This document shows, in pieces, positions 36,301 to 48,884 of a stretch of 64,000 nt of DNA. Position 1 is the first letter of the stretch. The number at the start of each line of letters is the position of its first letter. Under the pieces are notes generated by a model, which saw only the letters and a program-made list of their open reading frames with translations, was not told where the DNA came from and ran no database searches. The translations under genes were made by a program, and so were the position numbers. The DNA lies in contig NW_019091361.1 in the NCBI RefSeq assembly GCF_001949145.1, positions 3,706,148 through 3,770,147 on the forward strand. The letters are read 5' to 3'. Source of the stretch: Acanthaster planci (lineage: Eukaryota).

Positions 36301-39300
36301 AATGCGCACAGCACAAAGCACCTAACCATGAGAAGAGAAGCAGGTTCCTGAACGAAGGTGTGGGACACAAATGGCTTTCAAGTGTGGCTGTGTCTATGGC
36401 AAAAGGCTTCAGCCACTGGAAAGTGACTCCCATGGGTAGGTGTGTTATTTCTAGACCTAGCCATGACATTTGGACACGGAAACAACAATCCTATTCTCAA
36501 ACAGCTGCTTTTACATTCAACTTTCTTCCTAACAGCGTGAATGATGTTTCTCCTCTAAGTAATGGTGCAAGGACTGACCTGCTTGTCCAATTGCCGAAGC
36601 GATTGGCATCCAACTCCACCAGATCATACGGTGGCTCCCCGTCAATCATCCAGTCACTGATGTACTTGCCGTAGCCCCCGGAATGGATGATGCCGTAACT
36701 TTAAGCAAGAGTAAACACACAGACAAAACAACTAACTTAGTCATCTAGTTACCAACAGTTCACAAGCTAGTACTCATGTGGGATTCGAACCCATTTCCTT
36801 CACTTCCTTGCTCAAATACTATTCTTCACACTTGGTCAAATAAGAGTGCGCTTCATTATCAATCAAGGACAAAACTTAACATAATTTCCACAAATTTCCA
36901 CATGCCAAGCATACCTCTGGAAATTTCGTTCAATCTAGTTTGAACGGGGCAAAAGATAACAATGTATTCAAAACTGAAGAATGTTGATTAAACACGCTCT
37001 CAGTTACAAGTGGTTACAAACCACAGACACTCTTTGTGGATCTGAAAGAGGCACAAGCCAGTGATGCTTGGTTTACATATTAACATCAGTAGATGCAGAC
37101 AGCATCAACAAACAGTCCCTGATGTAGGGCTGTGCCAAATATCCGAATATTTGATCGATTATCAAATATTCCAATATCATATTCTGAATTTGAATATTTG
37201 AATAAAAAATTCATGAACAGGGAGAATTTTCTTTTGTTTTAAAAGAGAAAAATCGCACTATGGAGGCTTGTTAAAAGCAAATTCAAATGAAAAGTGAAAG
37301 AATATTGTATCTTATGATTCAAAAAGTAAATTCTTCATTAAAAAATCTAAAAGGAAAAGAAATCTAAAAGGCAAGAAGTACTGTTTGTCTATTAAATCTT
37401 TAAAATCGTTGCTGGAGATCCTTCTAGAAATGAGAAGCTATTACAGTGATTATAATGCACAATTGTGTGCGTTATTGCAACTTATATATGTTTTCTTTAT
37501 CAACAATCTGCCGGTTGGTATGACCGAATACTCAGACATGTGATTGAATTGAAGACCAAATATTCCAATAGTGCATTATTCAAATCGACTCAGCCCTACC
37601 CTAATGACATGTTATATGGAAACAATTTATTGAGATCAACTCACTTGCATCAAGCTGTTAGAATACTGTTGGCCCACAGCAACATGTCGACCGGCCCATG
37701 GGCCTACAAAAATGTCCCTGTCACATGAGTACCATGTGTTTCGACCATTTTCTCTTCATGACTAAGAAATGAAACCCCAATTTTAATAAAAAAACCACCT
37801 CGCCAAAAATTAAAAATACTGGATTTGGGCACAAGTTTAGCTTTGAGAAATGATAAAACTACCCCCCCCCGGTAAAAAGGCATGCCACATATTCCATTGT
37901 GTCTTGAATTCAATCCCTGTTACCGAGTCTTAACTTTCTGCTTGCTGCCAGTATTTGTTATGACCGTATGGAAATGAGGCTTATTCAACGCTTTACCCAG
38001 TGCCGCAGGCAAGCCAGAAGTTCCTGAGTCCCTGGTAGGGTCCCACCATCCCCAGGACATCGGGGCTGTAAGTGATGGGTCCACAGACGACGCTCTGGAT
38101 GTCTGCAGTTTGAAGGATGGGAACACGCTGCATGGCCCCTTCCACATGCTCCATCAGTCGATCCATGTCACTTTCGAACAATTCTTTACCAAAGCCTGAA
38201 ATGGATGACAAAAGCAGAAATGACCTTTTGTCAGTCATAAGATTTGCATACAGATTTTAAACCAAGAACCAACTGCACTACATGAGACCTCTTGGGGATT
38301 AGACAAATCAACTACATGAGGGAAAAGTCTGATCATGGCTTTATATTCTATATGTGTAAATCAGTAACTTTACAAGTAACATGTTTTTTTCTATTGCGGT
38401 TAACTACTTCCTAACTGACAAAAATTTGCAAATACAGGCCTGGAAATGGTATCTTTCCATCATCAATCTTTAGACTGGCAGAACCGCAATATTCTTGAGA
38501 CTTTCTAAACTGATTTTGTTACCCACTGTTCCGGCACTTTCCCGAGCTGGTCAGACATTTAAGGATTGCTTTAAAATTCATGAGCATGCAAATGATTCCA
38601 GGTCCCTAGGACCGGTCTAGTCCAGTTCATTCTGGTAATTGTCAAGATATTCTAGGACCCTGGTAACAGGAAAAATTACTGAGTTCTTATAAGGAATTCC
38701 ATTTAAGTACCGGATGGACAACAAGGAACTGTAATGTGGCAAAGCCTACTAGGGCAATGCTTATGGCCTTCCTTGGACTTTGCATGGAGAGTTGTGGGAC
38801 TGGTACTGGACGATACTTCAAAGGTCGTTTTTATAGAAGGGCAGATGACTCGAGGCTTTTCTGAAGTGCTTTAAAAAATTCCCAAATTGCTGGTGGAGAA
38901 CTGCCTTCAAACTCTATGACCCCGGTTTCCAATCGACACGTGAACTGGATTTTCAGTTTTTTGCCTTATTCCGTGGTTTTTTCCTCGGAACGTCATTCTG
39001 AGGTTTCCTCCTATACCTAAAAATAAAAAAGAATTCATCTTCTCTCTCTGGCCTCCAGGTTACAAAGCCTGTGTACTTTTGAGGAATCCTCGGGTGTGGT
39101 TTAACCAGAAAGGATTACAGTAAACAAAATTCTCAAGACCATGGGCCACGGAAGTCAGAAATTCTGGCCAAGTCAGTGATTGTTTGGGATGCATCGAAAA
39201 TCGGTAAAAGAGCCCAAATGGGGTTGATAAGGGCCCAAGTGGGGGAGGGGGGAAAGAAGAGGGGGAAAGGGTGTCACACCTACCCGGGGGCACACCGTCT

Positions 39301-42300
39301 CTAACCCAGTCATCCTGCTGTTTCATCTTGTGGCTTTTCTCATAGGGTCCAAATAGCAGGCCCGACCGCTCCTGCCGGAGGTAGTAGGAGTTCTCCAGGT
39401 CCCGGATGACTGGAGGCTCCCGCTTCAGGGCCTGCACCTCAGGGATGGAGGAGGTGATGACATACTGGTGTTGGATGGCCACCATGGGCAGCTCCAGGCC
39501 GGCCATGCGACCCACATCTGTGGCCCAGAATCCTGGGTTAATGAGAAGCCAGTGGGGGAGAAAGAAATGTTGCTTCAATACAGTTAAGGTCGACAGCAGG
39601 TGCTTGGCAATAACTAACCGCCCCCGATGAGCCCTGACAACACTACTTCTAATGTTCCAAGCTAGCTGCACTGGGAGCTAGAACATGCAGACAGCAATCC
39701 CAACTGAAGGTACTTCAGATCACTGCCCTTGTGTCTTGCCTCTGCAATCCAGTGTGCTGGCCTTAATTGTGCAATAACTGGTGAACTATGCAAGCGGGGC
39801 GCTGTGCTTTCCCGTCGGTACATTAGGTTGGACACTGACATGCACAAACCCATCTCATGAGAAGGCCACAAAGCCCATACACGTACTCAACCACAACATA
39901 ATCATTCCATCAATATGGTGACATTCTGGTCAGATGTTTATGTACCAATGTTAAGAGTTCCCCCTAGCACCCATGGTTGATACCGACCTGCAGCATTTAC
40001 GATGCGCTTGGCAGTCAGTGTGCCATGTTCAGTTTCTACATCCCAGCCTCCATCACTGCGCTGCTTGAGGCCCTGTGTGCTGGCTGGCATGTAGATCTCG
40101 GCTCCATATTTACGAGCTCCAATGGCGTAGGCTTGGGTCAGAGAGTAAGGGTCAATGTGGCCATCTCCTGGATTGAACACGCCACCCAATATCTACAGAA
40201 ACAAAAATGATGCATATAAACAAAGACAAATGTCCGGCCAAGCCTTCATTTCTGTTGAAGAATGAAGACTGTGCCACCGTACAACTTTTGGAATTACACT
40301 GACATGCAATAACAGTTGCTTAGAACAGCACTTGATTTTGAAATTTTGTTGCATCGTTTTGAAGACATAGCTTAACTTTATCACATGTATGCCAATTCAG
40401 GCATGTGGTGGAATAGAGTGGCCTGGCCTGCCACTCACAGAAGGCCTTGCCCGAAACTTTGGGTACCTCAGTGCTGTGTATGAGGCCCCCAATACCATGA
40501 GGCACTGAACACAAGCGGGAAAAAGGAAAACTGTATCAAGCTACCACTACAATCACTTCTCAAGCACAAGTACTGTAACTTGTTTAACAAGTAAAACCTG
40601 GTCCTAACGGTCCATTTTTACACATTCTTCCAATAGTCACGCCATTGGACTCCTAAAATGCTCCACTTTTTTTGTTTAAGTTGTTGCCAGTCTAGTCTTG
40701 GTTTCTGGATTTAAATCATTTTTTGTCACTCTTTATTGCAATATGTTGAAGAGAAGCAGCCCTTGAAATATGTATTTAATATGTATTAAAACTGATGTGG
40801 TCTTTGTTGCAGGAAAATGCTGGAAAGTCATTGTTTGCGAAAGAATCACTTTGCAACGTTGGCCTAGTTGATGTTGCTTGACATGCCAGTCTGCAATAAT
40901 CCTTACATTGTTCAGCTTAAAGTTCTTGCATAAACTTTGAAAAAATTTATCACACTAGTCTGACAGATATGATGTACCCATACCCCATCCATGTTCAGTA
41001 GAGGGTGGAGTTCGGCCACTCTCTCCGGCCCTATCAGCTCCTGCACTGCTTTGTGCCAGCCAGCTCGCGACATCTGGTACTTGGCTTCGTCCATGCGATC
41101 CGGCGTGGTGAGGAGACGCAGGCTCCCCGGCTGGTGGAAGCCCACTTGCTAGGTATTCGTGGTAAGAGTGAAACAAAAAAAAATCACGGCGATTCAAATT
41201 TTAATCTGATATATATATGTGGAAAGAAACTCCCCAAAAAATTCTGGTTGAGAGTTCTCCTTGGCAGCCAAATAACCCATTGACGGTTTGAAAAGCTTTC
41301 AGATTCTTACTGGAAAAATCCAAAAGTATATTTTAAAAATATGCAATTATTTGAATCTTTGACAGGTATTTTGGAAATGTCTATTCTATACTAGTCGAGA
41401 AAACGGCATTTCTTTGGAGGCGTAGGCAAAGTTTCATACTCACAACCAACCTCACCACCTCCTCCTGCCTCCTCCCCCAAAAAATGAGTGTAAGTTACAA
41501 CCAACAGAAAGAGCACCATCTTGTGAACAATGTCAGATTGAAAGAAATCAAGGAAGTTATAGCTGAGTATTGTCACATGTCAGCCTCCTCCAACCAGCTC
41601 ATCAATCAAATTGTGCTCATATCCAATTACTAGCACGGCACAGAGTGCCGTCTTCAATACCCTCGCCACTCCAAATCCCTTCAATATCCAACAGTTTTTA
41701 ATTTTGGTATTGAGCTGAGAATGGATAATCCTGTGATCTGATTGTTGGATTTTATTGGATCGGGCAGGTCTCAACCAGGTTTCAACCTTTTGAAAGAAGA
41801 AAGAGGTCCATACGCAGGGACCACTGCTTTTCCCTGCAGTGAACTATTAGCCAACTAAAAGCAAAAAGGTACACACAAGTCAAACGTCACAGTGAAAATT
41901 TTCAGGGATTCACTTAAAAACATTTACAATTTTACAGACCAGTCTCATAGGGTTTGTGGACAGCATGTCAAGCAGCGTCCGTATATGTATGGAATTCTTT
42001 CCCTGGGCTCATCAAGAAATCCACTGATTACCTGTCCAGTTTCAGCCTCCAACTGTTCAAACAACTTGATGCTGTAATGATGGATGTTTTTCAAGTTGAT
42101 GCCGGGATGAAAGTATGTGACCAATCCAGCCTACAAGCAGAGTCAAAACAGATTGGGTGAAGTCTTGCCGCAAGGTTGATCAAAAACATGACGTACCATG
42201 AGACAATGTAGTCGAAAAAATAGTTCTGCTTCCAATTACAGGCCTCTAAAAAATAGGGTCGGTAGGTCAGAACAAAATTTTCTTTTTGGGGGGGAGTCAA

Positions 42301-44773
42301 GTTTTTGTGCTGATTGAATGACATGAATGGGGATGAAAGCTTCCAAACATTGCCACAAAAAATGATAAAAACTTGCCTTAACCCTAACAGTCCTCAGTCC
42401 TCCAACAGGTGAAGGATTGAGGAGTGTTAGGGTTAATCTACATGTATGTATAAACGTCTAGAGTTGATAATTCATAATTATGGATAATTCACACCACTGT
42501 GCAAAACGCTCGTCAGGTAATCACAACGACAAACTGGCCAATGTTGTCTGTATATTGTGTGGTAAGCATGTATGCGGCATCCAGGTGGGTTGGCGATAAA
42601 ACTCATACCACGGCAGGAAATTTTGTGGAAAAACGCTCGCTTCCAGTACAAGCAAAACAACCTCACATTAAACTGGTGAACACAGAAAATACATACATGT
42701 ACATAGACAAGAGATCAAGTTCTGTGAATAAACTTGCTGAAATCTTCTTGCAACATCAATGTGTTTTTTTTGACCTGCAGCTGAGGGCAGTGTGCGTGTA
42801 CAGCCAGTCGTAGTGTAACAACGCTATTTGTATAGACTGGATGCCACATTTCCATCAAATGTTCTTTTGCATAAATGTGCATGGTGCGGTGGGAACCAGT
42901 GCAGCATTGAGCTTTGCACAAGTGTTTTCACCACTGCGACAGCGAAATGCGAAGGGAAATTGTGAAAATAATGGACCCGGCGAATATATTATAAGCACTG
43001 TAAACTTGGTGCTTTTCTGAGAGCTTGTGAAAAATTTACAAGCTTACTCTGAGGTGGGACTCGAACCCACAACCTCCTGCTAATATCTCCCTAATGCAAA
43101 CAAAATCTTGAAAAATAAGGGAAGTTTCTTTTCAAAAGTTGCAAATTTAAGTTGGAAAAAAGAAAAAAAAACAGCATTCTAACGTGAAAAAAGGTCTTTG
43201 AGAGGTGTTTTGTCAGGACAGAAAAGACAACAGGATTCACTGTTTTTTTTAAAAGATTTTTAAAAATTTGTTCTAACTTGCTGATACAAACTCTAGGGTC
43301 GCGCTGAAAAATTACGGTTGGTCGGGAAACTGGAAGCACAGGTATTTTTTTTTGGCTTAAGACCAACACAAAAACTTCTATAAATGATATTTTTGATTGA
43401 AGCAATACACCACGATAAGTAAAGGCACAAATGTCTATCTATTGTTATGGTCCCCCCGAGAGAGCTAGTTTCCAGTGAAAACATGGTGGAACAGATAAAA
43501 CTTGATTCTAGGAAAAAAATGGGAATTTGCAAAATGCAAAATCGGGATACCTTGATTTTTTTTATCCTTTCAACTGCACAGGCTGGACTTGAACCCCCAA
43601 TATCCGGAATTAACCATAGGCCTTAAGATGGATGCTATGAATCGAGAGCAAACCTAAGGCACTCGGGTGATTGAGTCGATACATGTACTCACCGCATGCC
43701 ACGTGGATCCTGCTGTCAGCTCAGACTTCTCCAGGAGTACCACGTCTTTCATGCCGGCCTTGGCCAGGTGGTAGGCTATGCTGGTCCCCACACATCCTCC
43801 CCCAATGACCACCACCTCTGCTGTCTCCTTCAGCCTTTTGCTGAGCTTTCCGGACGTTGCTTGCCCATTGCTATGGAAGGAAAATTCCAAATGCTTTTTT
43901 CAATAAAAAACACTTAACTGTTCTAGATAAAATGTAAAAACAAGCTTGTTTAGCATTGTTTGCACATTTGGATGGGTGTGTGAACGGTAGTCCAAAAAAG
44001 GGAGCAGACACAAAATGACCTGAAAACGAGCTTAACCCCTTCGCGCCCAAAATTTCTTCCCAAAAGCTGACTCCAAGAATTCCAGCCTCGCTTGGCCACA
44101 AAGGCCACCTGCCAAACCGCAAATTCTCGGTTTGTGGCCCTGCGTGCTCTGCACACTTTGAATTACAATATGAAAAGGCTCATTGTTCGGTGGCATGCGG
44201 CTCTACTCACACTTCCACATTTCCGTTGCCTCTTTTCAAAGTGGGGACTATTGTGAAGTTGGTGATTATGATACAAATTCGGTCTTTTCATTTCTGGGCT
44301 ACACACAAAGGCCAATCACCATATATACAAGAGCCAGGGTCTGCCTTCTTTCAACATGTTCGCTCGAGCGTGGGCCGAGAATAATAGCTGAAAAGCGGGC
44401 TGAAGATCTCAATTTTTACGTCTTTAGCCGCGTCCAGGCGCAAAGGGGTTAAGTTGTGATTAACTCTCTCACAAAAGCAACAGTCATATGGGCCATGACA
44501 TAAATGGGTGGGGAACATGGTGAAACTGGTATCCCCCACCCACTTGAGAGTTGACCAACCTTCCCCACAGAAGCAATATGTCCCCCTCTAGCTCCTCCAA
44601 CTTTTAAAAACCAATCAACACCCGTGACAGGAACTGTTAACGTACCTAGAATTAGACACGTTGTTCCCTGTGGAGAAAGAGGCTAAAGATGGCAGCCATG
44701 CGCGGCCCGGGTCATGGGCCAGACGCGACCTCAGGAATGCCTGCGTGATTCGTTGATGTAGCATGCTAGCCAT
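30395..44773 (-). CDS. DMGDH: Dimethylglycine dehydrogenase, mitochondrial (16 coding exons)
   Basis: Exons on the minus strand: 44773-44646, 43870-43693, 42130-42032, 41148-40984, 40192-39988, 39532-39284, 38195-37997, 36698-36579, 35458-35304, 34759-34542, 33695-33565, 33162-32945, 32514-32357, 31580-31521, 31114-30977, 30619-30395 (TAA). Features: Arg/Ser-rich presequence ([18 protein letters not shown]), FAD motif VVIGGGCVG, covalent-flavin His motif [24 protein letters not shown] (DMGDH-type rather than SARDH-type), GHIDPYSLT, and a GcvT/folate-binding half ([41 protein letters not shown]). Confidence 0.97.
37125..37598. mobile_element. Non-autonomous hAT-like DNA element in a DMGDH intron
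   Basis: Termini TAGGGCTG...CAGCCCTA. Flanked by an 8-bp target duplication with 1 mismatch: CCCTGATG (37117-37124) and CCCTAATG (37599-37606). Subterminal AATATT-type repeats at both ends. Confidence 0.8.
42378..42436. mobile_element. Miniature TTAA-flanked hairpin (piggyBac-like TIR remnant)
   Basis: TTAACCCTAACAGTCCTCAGTCCT pairs with AGGATTGAGGAGTGTTAGGGTTAA (24 bp, 2 mismatches) around an 11-bp loop. Confidence 0.55.
43015..43082 (-). mobile_element. Partial copy of the tRNA-derived SINE-like repeat
   Basis: GAGAGCTTGTGAAAAATTTACAAGCTTACTCTGAGGTGGGACTCGAACCCACAACCTCCTGCT matches the reverse complement of 24300-24362. Confidence 0.65.
44036..44448. mobile_element. piggyBac-like MITE (TTAA target duplication) in a DMGDH intron
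   Basis: TTAA (44032-44035) CCCCTTCGCGCC ... GGCGCAAAGGGG TTAA (44449-44452): 12-bp TIR with 1 mismatch and CCC/GGG ends. Confidence 0.75.
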
Positions 44774-47700
44774 CTCTCTGGCAGCAGTTTGTAGGAATTC
44801 ACATGGACGAGATGCAACACAGTCAATCAATCACTCTCTCAATGCTGGCGCCGGATCATTCAAAAGCTAAATGATCAAAAACACAAACACACACACTGGC
44901 ACTAAATTTTGGCACCAGTTTTTAATTTTCACTGAGTAATTACAGAAGATCATGAAATTCAGAAGAACTGAATATTTTCCTATTTTTAGTCTGACAGATT
45001 CACAATGTAACTCTGATCATGCTGAGTATTATCTTATCATGAAAAAAAAAACACTCAGTGCTCATTTGCTGCTTCACATGTGAGTTACAACCCAGTACTC
45101 AACGTACTCAAGAACAAGATTCAAGAACAGTCTTTTGGAAAATAATGTAAAGTTCCACAAATAGAGAGGCCTATCACTTTTTTCCCTTGTAGTGGTTTTT
45201 CTCTTGTAGTGGTGTACTAGCCACTAGAAAGTGATGTCAGTCCAAGTTAGCAGGGAAGATATTGAAGCATTAACTTAGTTGGTTTGTACATACATGTAAG
45301 GTGCCAAGAGTTGTCCATACATGTACATGTATCTGTGTGCATAGTGAAGGGAACTATACCCCAAAACTGTGCGGTTCGTCGTCCGCCGCATTCCCACATG
45401 CAGGGGACATCAAACCCCACAGAGCTGTTAACAGTGTTATGTCCCAACTATAGCATCAGCCCCAACTATAGCTGGTACTGTCCCAGCTGTAGTGCTGCAG
45501 TTAGGCAGACCAAACTACAACAGTGCATGTGCCAAAGTTATTTTGTTTCCATCCACAAACCGTGCTATTAGAAATACCGGTAGGTTTTAATTTATGTTAG
45601 GTCTATGTCACAGATGAAGGGTCACATTTCAGATGAATTACATCAAACATGAACTGCATCAACTCAGAGATGGCTGAGAAATTTTCGACAGAAACTCGCA
45701 AACAATAGTTGCCTCAGCTCAACTGCAGCACTATACATGTAGTTGGGATGGACGCTATAAACTTGGGACATAAAACAGAACTCTTCACGAAGTAAACACT
45801 TCTATTGAGGGGCTGCATGCTGTGCCCTCACAGAGGACATACTAGGCCTACTACTAGTAGTACTACGCTGGGAAGGGCATCCAAGACTGTTGCAAAATGG
45901 CAGGTAGCAACCACATCACGCCAGTGAAAATAACTGCAACCATGGTTACGCACATGAACCAGCCAGTCAGAAGATCAGGGTAGGGCCTACTCAATCTTTT
46001 CCTTGATGACAGTATGTAGGCGCGCACGTCATAGTTGTTTTCACCAGCAACGCGGTGAGGTTACTACTATACTAGTAGTAGTACTCTACTCGTCATTTCC
46101 CAGATGTCCGCCATGTCCTCTGTGAGGGCGCTGCAGGCCCTAGCCCATTAGCCTAGTAGTATATAGTAGGCCCTACTTTTTAAATTCAACATTTCTGCGA
46201 TAACTTAATCTAAATTTACCAATGCCGACCGCAGGGAAAATTGTGATGTCCGTATTATCAAACTTCACGAAATCCATGAATACACAACATGTATCTTTAA
46301 CTTACCGCCCCAACGGAAAATACAGCCTTACAGGTAACAACGTACATGTACATAGCATGTTGATACATGGAGCTCTGGTCCACATGCCACCGGTAACCAG
46401 GTCGCTCTAGCGCCCCCACTGTGTCGAAATCAACAGGCTACGGCTGCTAGCTGGGGCAACACAGGGGGCTGTCAGCCACGGCGGGTACGTGTTTCCAGCC
46501 GTAGCCACGACTTTTGGACAGCCAAAGATTCGATTTGAATCATGATCCCGATGACACTATTACAATGCTTCACGTTCGCGGATCTAGATCGGGCAATACT
46601 AGTTGGCTATACCCCCCAGAACTGTTGTTCTTCTAACTTTTTGGTGAAATGATTCTACAGGTTTTTCTGTTTAGTAATCTTTAAGAAGAGTTAGCGATTG
46701 ACATAGAGGCTACCAACCCACTTAATCACCCGAGTGATGCATAATTTATTAAGTTTCTCATTTTTGTACCTTCGCCTGACCGCAAACCTTTTTTGTAACC
46801 TTATACCCATGGAAAGAAATTAACCATTTCAACTCCCAGTTTATAATATCGTCATGCAACGACGTGATTCTGTATCGCAAGTGGTCCGTTCCCGTGAAGG
46901 TTGCAAAACCATGATTCACTTCAGGTAGGCTGAGTCGACCTGTACTGGCTTGACTCCCATAACGACTGAGCCCAGTACACACTGTGTCTCATCATCTTCA
47001 AGATCCTACAGGGTGATTGCTCCAGCTCATTTAGGTGATCTTGTCCAGTCCTGTGCCCCAGGTCATCGGGGTTGAAAGTCACCCAAAAACATCCTACTGG
47101 AAAAACTATGGCTAATCATCGTTTGGGGGAGAGAAGCTTTTTCGGATTGCAGCACCCGAACTTTGGAACTCTTTTACCGGAAAATGTGAGACTATTGAGA
47201 TCAGTTGACACATTCAAGGACGGATTAAATTCATATTTGCATAGACAGGCATTTGGTTAACATTCCTCAACTTATCGTTATTATTGGACCTCTTTGCTTA
47301 TTACCGCCATTTGTGCCCGTGGTTCGCGGCGGATAGGCCTACTGGTGCTCTAGAAATTGTCATTCATTAATTTCGGTCTAGACTTACCGGAATGCTGTTG
47401 TATCTTCAGTGGTCGTTACAAAGTTTAGTAGTGATTTAAGTGACAAACAATGGCCAGTGTATGTTGCAAGCTCATACTTAGGTTCTCGCACGCATTTCTA
47501 ACAGCTGTTAAGATGAATGGCAGTAATCATGCACCATATAAATTAACGTACCTAGGCCTGCATGGGCGGAGTGTATTCCTGCCGAAACAAATAAACCTGA
47601 AGGAGTGACTCCTTGTGGAATGGATAAATTACTCTAGGCCTACACAAGGACCTATCACTGTACACGTATTGCAGGGCCTAGAAAGATATCATGCCTACCT

Positions 47701-48884
47701 TAATTTTTCCATTTACCCAGTCTCGTAGTGATGTCGCAGGAACAGAAAGCAGTATTAAGTTGATAAGCAAAGGTCCGCCCAATGCTTGCAGGTCAGAGTG
47801 CCAGAACCGGCTAGTATGGTCCAGTGCACTCCAGTTGGAAATGTCAATACATCTGATAAGCACCTGGTGCCTGATGTTTTCAATCTAGTAACGGCGTCGG
47901 GTGGGCATTACCCGGTGTCGATTCTAGCTATTATTCGATTCAAATTCTCAGTAAGTTGCAGTCACATGATGCTACAGACTTGTTCCAGGTCGGTTCTCTC
48001 CAACCCACAGCCCCTGAAGCACATTTTTTTTCCTAGGAGGGTCATGGGCAATAATCATAATGGGTGCGGTTAACTGCAAGCTCGATCAATTTAGTGGACA
48101 CTTAGGAACTTAAGTTAGGTAAATTTCGGGCTTTACTTTCTAATTATAAAAACATCCTTTTACCAACTACCCCCAAGAAAAAAAAATAATAAAAATAAAT
48201 AAAAATAAAATGGGAATAACTTCCTGCATGAAAACCCTTGCCTTGCCGCTTACAAGTCAAGCGCCCTTCTAACTGACTATTACCGAGCAACTGGCCGAAA
48301 GAGCAGTTTTGCTGTGTTAGGCTTAAAAGTTCGTCGACCTCATTTATTATAAATGCCCCCAACTGTCCTACCAAAAACGCATGCACAACGGTTCAGATAC
48401 ACCCATTTTATAATAATTACCCCTAACCCTCCTAAAAACAATAACACGTCCCTGAAGGCTTAATTTCTTCACTATGCCTGCCGTAATATAAAGCTTTCAG
48501 TGGCAATATGCCACTGGTCAACACAGTTCACGATAAAAAGGACTGGCCCACCTTGGCCCTGGGATATTCTTCTGTTTGGGTGTCGTGATCGACTAGTACA
48601 TGTCAAACAAAATTACTTAAAATAACTCTGTTGTTGTCCAGTCTTATCACTGCACGTTATCAAAGGTCTGCCCGGTCGTATAATCGATACCATTTGTACC
48701 GGACGTGTTTCAATAAAGTATCGATTATTGCCCACTGTTATGAATGAAATTATAGCGTGGCTCCTGGGGAACAACTCTGTCACTCGCTCTGTGCTCTTGC
48801 CTGGGACTGGTTGCCACAACCGTGCTCTGAAGCAACACCGTTTTGTGTACCAGCTGTCGTTCTTACGTACGAAACCGTGCAAAC
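44774..48884. promoter_or_regulatory. Divergent (candidate bidirectional) promoter interval between the DMGDH and BHMT start codons
   Basis: Head-to-head ATGs lie about 4.1 kb apart. The DMGDH ATG is preceded by a pyrimidine-rich CAG acceptor (exon start 44777), and a minus-strand GTAAGT donor sits at 46300-46305, suggesting a non-coding first exon ending at about 46306. Confidence 0.5.
46990..47370 (+). mobile_element. 3' fragment of an L2-like LINE in the DMGDH-BHMT intergenic region
   Basis: Frameshifted translation GERSF..AAPELWNS..LPENVRLLRSVDTFKDGLNSYLHRQAFG* resembles the C-terminus of L2-clade ORF2. A short 3' UTR-like tail follows. Confidence 0.6.
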
